Shown piece after piece: positions 41,322 through 50,300 of a stretch of DNA of 64,000 nt; position 1 is the first letter of the stretch, and every line of letters starts with the position of its first letter. The DNA is taken from assembly GCA_040220235.1 (NCBI GenBank), contig JAVJTO010000123.1. The stretch is one strand, 5' to 3'. A model generated the notes under the pieces. It saw nothing but the letters and a program-made list of their open reading frames with translations. It searched no databases and was not told where the DNA came from. A program made the translations under genes and the position numbers. This DNA is from Coleofasciculus sp. B1-GNL1-01 (lineage in GTDB: Bacteria; Cyanobacteriota; Cyanobacteriia; Cyanobacteriales; Coleofasciculaceae).

Positions 41322-41442
41322 AAACCCTACACTTGAGGAGAGCAATCAGGATTTTCTGCATCTGAACTGTGGCACTATTGATTGGGTTTCGGCGCGTCAA
41401 CTCAACCTACGATTTCACGCAAGTTAGTTAAACTGTTATCAA

Positions 41443-41658
41443 TTAAAGGGTTTGGGAACGTAATTCCAATTGGAACAGTTCGCGAGATTCTTGTCGTACA
41501 TCTCCTTCCATTGCGGCTTGTTGCAACTTCATGAAGGCATTGAGTTCGTCTGGTTCATAAGTTTTGCTTTGTAAACGCTGCCGCAGTTGTTCTTCAGCGG
41601 CTAAGGTTAGATAACCAATTGTCAATGCCTTTTGAACTAAATCACGAATCGATAGCAT
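41443..41658 (-). CDS. Small helical hypothetical protein (71 aa)
   Basis: IRDLVQKALTIGYLTLAAEEQLRQ...GDVRQESRE, a recurrent cyanobacterial small-protein pattern; RBS AGGTGG. Confidence 0.8.
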   Translation of the reverse strand: MLSIRDLVQKALTIGYLTLAAEEQLRQRLQSKTYEPDELNAFMKLQQAAMEGDVRQESRELFQLELRSQTL

Positions 41659-41896
41659 ATTACCACCTAAACCTGAAATGAGCAGATGCTGGATTTTAGA
41701 AACAATTTTTATGTTATGTCCACTTGATTTATACTCTACAAAAACAAAAAAATGATGTACTTGTATTTTCGGTAAACTCTATGACTGAAATCAGATTATT
41801 CAGTTACATAAAGTGATAACTAGCTTGGCAGAAAAGTATAAGTAGCGACCAAGATGGTCGCACGACAAGGGTGTCGCAATTATTGACAATCCGGTT

Positions 41897-42094
41897 TACA
41901 GCGCTTTTCAAGTAAGTGGGTAAAGAGATCCCCGACTTCTCTAAAAAGTCGGGGATCTGTCTGTGTTCACTTATAGCAGTAGACACATCGATTAGGACAA
42001 ACAAACTGTTGTTCCAGACGTTCCGGCGGAACGTCTCTACCATAAGATGTGTCCTAACGGCTATGGCGGTTGCTATACTACCAAAAGCGCTGTA
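41897..42094. mobile_element. Nested MITEs: outer TACAGCGCTTTT..AAAAGCGCTGTA element containing an inner TATAGCA..TGCTATA element (41972-42077)
   Basis: Terminal inverted repeats visible for both; the inner element sits at a TA and recurs inverted at 46286-46392. Confidence 0.7.
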
Positions 42095-42109
42095 TCTGAA
42101 CTCTCAACT

Positions 42110-45100
42110 CTAATGGGATGGTATCTGCTGGGGAAATGCTATAGACTGGCTCTCTATTTGAATCTCAGTTGCAGCCACACCCGTTCGTTGATTCAGTTCC
42201 TCCACCACAAAGTTAGGCACTCCACCTTGAGCCAGACAACAATCCCGCACCGCCAGCAGGAAGCCTTGAATCGCAGCGGGGGTTCCTTCCACATAGTCGG
42301 CTTTGTTTAAGAAATTGCGCCATTTTTGCTCATCGCTACCGTAAATATCAACTAAGTGCAAACCCGCTAAATATTCGGCGATGGGATCAACCGCAAAACG
42401 GATTTGGTCTTGAGCCGGACCAATAATTTGAATTAAACCTAGACGTTCTTTAAGATAATTGAGGTGTATTTCGGGTTCATCACCTCCTAGGGCATTGAGG
42501 GTATCTTGGCGTTTGGCTGGTGTGGGTCGATATTTGAGTCTTAGACATTCCCAAGCGATGATTTTGGCATCTTTCTGTACTGTACAGTTATCCAATGTAT
42601 CGCTCACAACGTTTTGGTTGAGTTCATTCAAGTATGAAAGCATTAATTCAGGAATATTGTCGGGTAAATCCTGTTTACCTGTGCCTTCTTTAGCCGCAAT
42701 CATCTGTTCAGCAAACAGCCTTGCCAGCAGCACTGTAATATTACGTTGTCCCACCATCAGAGAAAGTTGCCGACAGGCATCAAAGTATTCTGCATCGTCA
42801 AATAAATCCCGCTTACCCTGTTGAGTGAGGTAAGCTTCCATAAACGAGGAAAGGCGATTACCAGCAACTCGCATCGGTTGAATTTTTGTCTTGGTCACGC
42901 CACCCAGTTTTTCTGCAAATCGGGAGGTGACAATTAAACTGTTAATTGGGAAATCAGGCTGAGCCGGACAGATTGCACGGCGGGTGTCTTCGTTCATTTC
43001 TGAAAGATGATCCACAATCACCAAAATCCGCCGACGTCGTAGCAGACGTTCCAGGAGTTTATCGGGTATTTTTTCTTCGATGTCGATTAGGTCTTGCAAC
43101 TGCCCATTAATGGTGTCTAACAGTAGGGATTGCGGTGATTTATCGGCGGCTTCAACATTGAGATCCTGTTCAATGAGTACAGGTAACATCTGGTGTTTGC
43201 ACAGACGTTCGGTTTCATCCTCTGACATTGCCCAGCGAGCAATTTGACAGGCGAGGCTGGTTTTTCCGGCTCCTCCTTCTCCCCAGATGAGTAAGCAGTC
43301 TCGTTGTTTTTTAAAGGTGGAGCGTAATTCTTTACCGGTGAGATTGGGGAGGGTTTTACCATTGAGAGTAACGGGCATGGAAATATAGACTTGGCGGTTT
43401 TTGACGGTTTCTTTGTCCTGAAATTCAGCTTGAGCGGATTGGATATGTGCTTTGACCCAGGCATCTAGGACTCTGGGGTGATAATGAAAAAACTGGATCA
43501 TCAGAGCCGTGCGAAGCGATATCTTAAAACCGCCCAGGTTTGGGGGCAATTCGATAACATCGGTGTGTTTCAGGATTTGGTTGAGATTCAACAACCACAA
43601 GGGGCGCAGCCAGAGGAGGATTGACCAAAGGGAGGGAACACAGATCAGGTAGACTATTACTCCCATTGCCCAGGGATTCTGGCGAATCAAATTGGAAACG
43701 TGAGCGTTTTGTTGGTCTTTCAGGTCTGCGATCGCCCGACGTACAGCGTTAGTCTCTTCCTCTGAGAACTCCGTTTGATTGGCTTCCAGAATCTTTAGGG
43801 CTTTCTCCAATTCAGATCTTGTAGACGCTAATTCTTTCGGAGATAGTGTGTTTACGTTGTCCTGAAGGCTATCAGCCATCAGCTTCAGAGCCGAAGCTGC
43901 ATTGCTACGAATATCCTTATCTGGGTCTTCGAGCGCTGCTGTTAAGTCGGGGATTGTCTCTTTGGCATCAGCGCCGATGCGCCCTAGAGCATAAACGGCA
44001 GAGCGACGCACCTGCACATCCTCATCGTTGTCTTTGAGAATTGCTCTTAACTCCGGAACAGTTTCTTTAGCCTCTGCACCGATTTTCCCTAAAGCACTAA
44101 CCGCATTTGATCGCACATCTGTATCGGAGTCTTTGAGTGCTGCTTGCAAGTCGGGAACAGCGTCTTTGGCATCAGCACCGATACCTCCCAAACCATAAGC
44201 GGCGCCGCCGCGCACGTACTTCTCTGAGTCTGTGAGAGCGGCTTGCAAGTCGGGGACAGCCTCTTTTGCCTTGGCACCAATTTCCCCCAAAGCATAAGCC
44301 GCATTTCCACGCACGTATTTATCGGAGTCTTTGAGAGCCGCTCTTAAGTCGGGGAAAGCTTCTTGAGCCTCAACACCAATGGTATACAAAGCTAAAGACG
44401 CACTTCTACGAACCTGTACTTCTTTGTCTTCTTTGAGCGCTACTCTCAATTGGGGAACCGCTTCTTTAGCGCCGATAGCTCCCAGCGCATCAGCCGCCCA
44501 GCTTCGCACCTGCGCCTCCTTATCCTCTTTGAGCGCTACTATCAAATCAGGAACCGCCTCTTTGGCATCATGACCGATCATTTCCAAAGCATAAGCCGCA
44601 CTTCTACGAATATCCTTGTCTGAGTCTTGAAGTGCCTGGATCAAATCAGGAACTACCTCTTTGGCATGACTGCCAATCCTTCCCAGAGCCCAAGCTGCAT
44701 TGCGACGCACATCCTTGTCGGAGTCTTGAAGTGCTGCCCTCAAATCAGGAACCGCCTCCTTGGCATCAGCACCAATGCCCCCCAGCCCATCAGCGGCACT
44801 GCTGCGTACTCGTGCATCTGTATCTTGGAGTGCCTGGATCAAATCGGGAACCGCGTCTTTTGCATCATGACCGATATTGCCCAGTGCTGAAGCGGCACTG
44901 CTGCGTACTCGTGCATCTGTATCTTGGAGGGTTTCTATCAAATCGGGAATAGCATCTTGAGCGTCATGACCGATACTCCCCAGCGCATCAGCGGCACTGC
45001 TGCGAACTCGTGGCTCTGGGTCTTTAAGCACTACGATTAAGTCAGGAACAGCATCTTGAGCCTGAGAACCGATATTCCCTAACCCATTCGCGGCACTCCA

Positions 45101-45718
45101 ACGGACTTGCTCTTTGTCTGATTTTAACCCTTCGAGTAGATCCGGGATAGCTGCTTTTCCAATTCTTCCCAGGGCATTAACGGCACCTTGACGAACTTGC
45201 AAATTCTCTGACTGTAAGGCTTCAATGAGTTGGGGGATAGCGGGTGAACCCAGTTTTCTTAACGCATCAACAGCGTCCTCAACTAGAAATTCATCCGCTT
45301 TTTTTAAGTTTTCAATTTCTGATGCAATTTCCGCCTTTGTGGGTTCTTGCGCCCAAGTATTACGGGTTACTCCGAATAGGGGAATAAGACAGAGAATAGT
45401 CGTTGCGATCGCGAGTTGGGTTGTCCAGGCTTTTTTTCCACTGAAACACCATCCTTGGTTCGACTGAAGCCTTGCTGGTAATGATATCTGATTTTGTGGG
45501 GGGCTCTCATGATTACTAGTGCAAGAAGGCAGAAATAACTGAACAGCTAATATCTCCCCCTGCTTCCCCTGCTTCCCCTGCTTCATTGTATCTACGAAGC
45601 TGCTCAAGTATTTCCGCAGCGCTGCACTAGGGGTGTCGCTGACAACCAAGCGATGAGATTTGGCTAGGGAGGGATTGGGTGTAATCCCTGAAGCATGAAG
45701 TCGTTTTGAGTTTTCCAT
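42110..45718 (-). CDS. HEAT (PBS-lyase-like) repeat - TM - STAND/NACHT-like NTPase protein
   Basis: About 15 'A.PDL..AL.D....VR..AA.ALG.IG' repeats; TM WAMGVIVYLICVPSLWSILLWL; GEGGAGKT and ILVIVDHLSE. True start uncertain; a signal-peptide-like segment lies near aa 95-123. Confidence 0.85.
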   Translation of the reverse strand: MENSKRLHASGITPNPSLAKSHRLVVSDTPSAALRKYLSSFVDTMKQGKQGKQGEILAVQLFLPSCTSNHESPPQNQISLPARLQSNQGWCFSGKKAWTTQLAIATTILCLIPLFGVTRNTWAQEPTKAEIASEIENLKKADEFLVEDAVDALRKLGSPAIPQLIEALQSENLQVRQGAVNALGRIGKAAIPDLLEGLKSDKEQVRWSAANGLGNIGSQAQDAVPDLIVVLKDPEPRVRSSAADALGSIGHDAQDAIPDLIETLQDTDARVRSSAASALGNIGHDAKDAVPDLIQALQDTDARVRSSAADGLGGIGADAKEAVPDLRAALQDSDKDVRRNAAWALGRIGSHAKEVVPDLIQALQDSDKDIRRSAAYALEMIGHDAKEAVPDLIVALKEDKEAQVRSWAADALGAIGAKEAVPQLRVALKEDKEVQVRRSASLALYTIGVEAQEAFPDLRAALKDSDKYVRGNAAYALGEIGAKAKEAVPDLQAALTDSEKYVRGGAAYGLGGIGADAKDAVPDLQAALKDSDTDVRSNAVSALGKIGAEAKETVPELRAILKDNDEDVQVRRSAVYALGRIGADAKETIPDLTAALEDPDKDIRSNAASALKLMADSLQDNVNTLSPKELASTRSELEKALKILEANQTEFSEEETNAVRRAIADLKDQQNAHVSNLIRQNPWAMGVIVYLICVPSLWSILLWLRPLWLLNLNQILKHTDVIELPPNLGGFKISLRTALMIQFFHYHPRVLDAWVKAHIQSAQAEFQDKETVKNRQVYISMPVTLNGKTLPNLTGKELRSTFKKQRDCLLIWGEGGAGKTSLACQIARWAMSEDETERLCKHQMLPVLIEQDLNVEAADKSPQSLLLDTINGQLQDLIDIEEKIPDKLLERLLRRRRILVIVDHLSEMNEDTRRAICPAQPDFPINSLIVTSRFAEKLGGVTKTKIQPMRVAGNRLSSFMEAYLTQQGKRDLFDDAEYFDACRQLSLMVGQRNITVLLARLFAEQMIAAKEGTGKQDLPDNIPELMLSYLNELNQNVVSDTLDNCTVQKDAKIIAWECLRLKYRPTPAKRQDTLNALGGDEPEIHLNYLKERLGLIQIIGPAQDQIRFAVDPIAEYLAGLHLVDIYGSDEQKWRNFLNKADYVEGTPAAIQGFLLAVRDCCLAQGGVPNFVVEELNQRTGVAATEIQIESQSIAFPQQIPSH

Positions 45719-45761
45719 GGTAGAGCAATGAATTAAGGGTAAACTATTGAACGTCTAAAAC

Positions 45762-46220
45762 CTAATCAGAAGTAAGTTGATAGGGTTTGCCATGGGATTG
45801 ATGCGCTTTTCTCCAGGCTTGGGGTGGTATGCCGTTAAGTTGGCGAAACTGTCGAATAAAATAGCTAGTATCGAAATAGCCCACAGCTTCTGCGATCGCT
45901 TGCACGGATTGACTGGTGACGAGAAGTAAGCGACGGGCTTCTGCCATGCGGCGCTTGATAATCCAGCGACATACCGACTGTCCCGTCTGGCGTCGCACTA
46001 AGTCGGTTAAGTAAGCGGGAGAGTAACCCACGGCTTGGGCGACATCGCGCAGGCTAATTTGTTGGTGATAATTCGCTTCGATAAAGTTAAAGCATTCACT
46101 GAGTTTGGGAATGGAGGGAAAGACAACTGAATGGTTGGTTGATGAAGGGGTGTGTGCCGTAAATTCTCTAACAATAGTTCGGGTTTGGGTATCATTTTCA
46201 ATGATTAGAATGGTTTTCAT
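45762..46220 (-). CDS. AraC-family transcriptional regulator with a vestigial receiver N-terminus
   Basis: ISLRDVAQAVGYSPAYLT and IAEAVGYFDTSYFIRQFR double HTH; MKTILIIEND resembles REC beta1. Confidence 0.88.
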   Translation of the reverse strand: MKTILIIENDTQTRTIVREFTAHTPSSTNHSVVFPSIPKLSECFNFIEANYHQQISLRDVAQAVGYSPAYLTDLVRRQTGQSVCRWIIKRRMAEARRLLLVTSQSVQAIAEAVGYFDTSYFIRQFRQLNGIPPQAWRKAHQSHGKPYQLTSD

Positions 46221-46285
46221 TAGAAACCTGATCCTGTTCTTTAATTTGAAGTCTAGGACGATTTAAATTGGGAATGGGTAGCAGC

Positions 46286-46392
46286 TATAGCAACCGCCAT
46301 AGCGGTTAGGACACATCCGGATCGTAGAGACGTTCCGCCGGAACGTCTGGAACAACAGTTCGCTTGTCCTAATCGATGTGTCTACTGCTATA
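46286..46392. mobile_element. ~107-bp MITE, inverted copy of 41972-42077
   Basis: TATAGCA..TGCTATA ends; internal palindrome AGACGTTCC-GGAACGTCT. Confidence 0.75.
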
Positions 46393-46653
46393 TCATCGAG
46401 ATGATGCGCGACTTTGAACCCCTTGTTTTGGTTTAGGGTTGAAGGGTAAAGGCGTGGGTTTTAAGCCCCAGACAGGGCTGATATAAGAAATGCTGCGATA
46501 CTTAAGTTGTCGAAATCCTGCCACGGAAAGGGCGTTTTTCAGGATAGATTTGTGCCAAGGCTTCCCTCGATAATTGCCAATTGTTGCGGATTCAGTGCTA
46601 GGAATTGCAGTGGGATTTTTCTGGTAAGGAACGCCACGATAACAGAGTTGCAT
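46393..46653 (-). CDS. DUF4278-like small protein
   Basis: MQLCYRGVPY...GNYRG...LKYR repeated YRG motif; RBS CAGGAG. Confidence 0.8.
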   Translation of the reverse strand: MQLCYRGVPYQKNPTAIPSTESATIGNYRGKPWHKSILKNALSVAGFRQLKYRSISYISPVWGLKPTPLPFNPKPKQGVQSRASSR

Positions 46654-46690
46654 TGGCTTGGTTTCTCCTGGGAATGGCTAAAAATTTGCT

Positions 46691-46809
46691 CTTTAATTAA
46701 TACGATACGGAAAGAAACGAAGCGATGCATTCACTGTTTCTGCCAAGTTGATGGTAAGAATTAGACAACATTATGGCGCAATCCTGTCACCGCCCTTGCC
46801 GAAAACTGC
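46691..46809 (-). promoter_or_regulatory. Conserved operator/promoter of the DUF4278 gene (and possibly araC)
   Basis: CTTTAATTAATAC at 46691; TGGCGCAATCCTGT at 46774; TTGCCGAAAACTGC at 46796. Confidence 0.8.
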
Positions 46810-47363
46810 AAATTAATACGCCAAACCTCTATTTGTAGGGTGTGTTAGCGCAGCGTAACGCACCTTGAACACTAGGTTTGAGGAAGGAGCGATCGCAAGT
46901 ATTAATGTTTGGAGAGGTTGGGCAGTTAAAAATTGGGCAAGGATGTTTGTGGCGGTGCAATCAGGGTGGGTTGGATTATACAAATACACATAAGATGTAG
47001 GGGCGCACCGACGTGCGCCCTCATCTTATTGGGGAATACCATAATGTGATAAATTGTGATTGGATAAATTTACCTATCCCCCTAATTTAACCTCTGGTGA
47101 AATTTAGCCGGAGATAGATAAATCGGGCACGGCTTAGGGATAATTGATTCGGTAGGGGCACGATAGTATCGTGCCCTGATCTAGTTCTCTTCAGGGGGTA
47201 TTTATTTGCTATGACACAGCCAAAATTGTGGAACAGATTTGACCATTGAATCGGGCGCACGGGGCGTGTTGGGCGCACGTCGGTGTGTCGGGCGCACGTC
47301 GGTGCGCCCCTACGGTTTCGGAATTCCTCAAATCAGGTGTGCCGAACTACTACCCTTTTACCG

Positions 47364-50300
47364 TTACTCCCCACATAAACGACCCATGATTAATTCCCCA
47401 TTGGCTAATCGATATATCCCCGTGGGCTCGATAATTGGATCACCGATTTTCCAAGGGCGACGAGTTGAGGAAGATTCTTCCCCAGCTTCCCCATCTCCCT
47501 GACTGGGAATTGACCGCACGGTTCCGGTCTGATACGGTGTAACATAAAGATCCCCAGGACGAAACGGGATACCCCCCGTACCCGTAATAAAGAAGCTACC
47601 CCGTTTTGGTTCATGACGACGGGCGATGCAACTTTCGGCAATTAGTTTGTCGGTATCGATTTGATTATTCGATAAGGGGGTGAGGCTGTTGCGAACTGCG
47701 CTGGTGTCGGGTAGGGTAATCACGCCTTCTACTGCACCTGTAGCATTGATATCCACTCGACCATTATGATCCAGGGTATCAGGATCAGTGCCTTTGGGGG
47801 CAGGAGCATAGGCAAAACCGAAGAAGACGGGAGTATTGAAGGTGATATCGCCCCCTTTGCCATCTTGGGCGAATGCCAGGATATCGCTATCGGCAAATGC
47901 CAGGATGGTGTCGGCGGTTAGGGTAATATTACCGCCACCGCCAACACCAGAGGCGACATCGGTTCTGATGTCACTGTCCCCAAATAGGCGGATGTCAGAA
48001 GCGGTGATGGTAATCGCACCGCCTGCGGATTGAGTTGCGGAGGTTTCAATTGAGCCATTGTTGGCACTGAGTTGTCCAGTGTCTACTGTGATAGTACCCG
48101 CCGGGGCTGCACCTGTGGATTGGGCGAGTATACGGGCTTGGTTGGTGAGGGTGAAGGATTCGCTGGCGTTGATGGTGAGATTACCGCCTAAGCCTTGGGG
48201 GTTGGGGGAGGCGGTGGAAGCGGATATCGTTGCGCCGTCGGTGATGGTGAGATTTTGGGTGTCAATGGTGAGGTTTCCGGCGGCACCATCGCCTGTGGTT
48301 TCTACGGAGAGTTGTCCTTGTCCGCGAATGGTGATAGATTCGGGTGCGGTGACGCTTAAGCTTCCCCCTTCACCGCTACCGGAAGTGGCGGCAGAGATTT
48401 TGGCGTTATCTTGAAGGTTAATGGTTAAATTCTGTCCATTGGCAAAGGGTTGCAGGGTTAATGCACCAGCGGGGGCGACGCCTTCGGTTTCGGCTAATAA
48501 GCCTATTTCTGTGCCTTTGAGGTTGATTTGAGAAGCGTTGACATCGATACTACCACCTTCTCCTAAGCTGGTGGCAGTGGCGCTGGTGGTGATGGAACCG
48601 TTATCGGCGGTTAGTTGTTCGGTGTTTATGGTGACGTTGCCAGCTTTGGCTGCACCTGTTGATTGGGCGAGTAAACTGGCTTGATTGGTGAGGTGGAAGG
48701 ATTCGGTGGCGTTGATGGTGATGTTACCACCGACGCCGGAGGGATTGGCGGAGGAGGTGGAGGCGGAGATAGAGGCGCTATCAGATATGTTGAGCCGCTG
48801 TGTGTCAATGGATAGGTTGCCAGCAGCGCCATCACCCGTGGTTTCTACCGAAAGTTGACCATTACCGCGAATTGTTACCGCTTCGGGTGCGGTGACAGTT
48901 AAGTTTCCTCCCTTGCCACTACCGGAAGTGGAAGCAGAGATTTGAGCGTTATCGGTTAAGTTGAAGTTGGTTGTGACAATTTCTATATTGCCGCCGTTGC
49001 CAGTGGAGTCAATTTCTGTATTGGCAAATAATCCACTATTAGGTCCTGTTTCTGTGATACCGTTAGCAACAAACGGATCGATGGGGTTGGGAAATTTGGC
49101 AATGCGGTTGGCGTAATTCGGGTCACTACCAGATATAGTTATCTGGTCTGTTGCATTAACAAATATATCGCCGGCTTGTCCTTGACCAAATGTTGTTGTT
49201 ATTAGCTGTCCGCCACCCGTCGCCTCAAATGTACTGCCGACATTCACTGTGATATCGCCTCCCTGCCCATCCCCTTTGCTGCGGGCACTTAAAGCGGCTC
49301 CATCTGCAATTCGGAATGTTTGAGTGTCAATAACAATATCGCCAGCGTCAAAAGTGGTATCGGTGCTGGTAAATAACCCACTGGGCAATCCACTACTGGG
49401 AACACTACCTAAGATATCGACAACATCAGCATTGACATAAATATTGCCTGCATCTCCCTGTCCCTGAGTACTGTTTTTGATAATAGCGCCATCTGTCAGA
49501 ATTAGAGAACCAGCCCTGATATTCAGGTCTCCACCAGAACCTGTTCCACCCGTGAGTACACCTAGAGTAATTCTGGTTGATTCCCCAGTTGGGGCAGTCT
49601 CTCCACCAGTGAGCGAGAGTGTACCTTTGACATTTAAGTTGATATCTCCCCCCCGTCCTTCTCCACCTGGATTTACATCCCCAATAAGTGCGGCATTTGA
49701 ACTCAAGGAGAGCTGATCGGCTTCGATACTGATGCTGCCCCCATTCCCCCGTCCAGAGGTGGCGATAAACAGTTCAGCATCATTAGTTAACGAAAGCGAC
49801 CTTGCGGTGATGTTGATGTCGCCACCTTGACCCACTGCTCCCTGTGCTACGCTGCTAAACACCTTACCATCATCAAAGGAGACAGTATGACGGGCATTGA
49901 TATTCACGCTACCTGCATTCCCTTGCCCAAAAGTGGGGGCGGATAAGGAAGCACCAGTGTTTACAGACAGCGATCCAGTGGTGATGTTAATGCTGCCACC
50001 ATCACCCTCTCCTTGTGTGTTGACTTGGCTGAATATATTACTGTCTTTATCAATAATAACCGTATCGTAGGCAACAATATTTACGCTGCCTGCATCCCCC
50101 TGTCCAAACGTTGTAGCACTTAGCCTAGAATTATTACTAATAAAGATCGATTGCCCTTCAAGATTAATGTCTCCCCCTTTACCTGCTCCAAAGGTTCTAC
50201 TTCTGATCGTGTGATTGTTCTCAACCCGGACTACTCCATTCTCACTAACAATAGTTATATCTCCGCCACGAGCCAATGGATCAGACGAATAAATAGTAGA

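Noticed and set aside
46691..46809. Conserved intergenic motif as a riboswitch or ncRNA
   Set aside because: Conservation is periodic (22 bp) without evident covarying stems, and it lies upstream of the -10-like box, which fits a DNA operator better.
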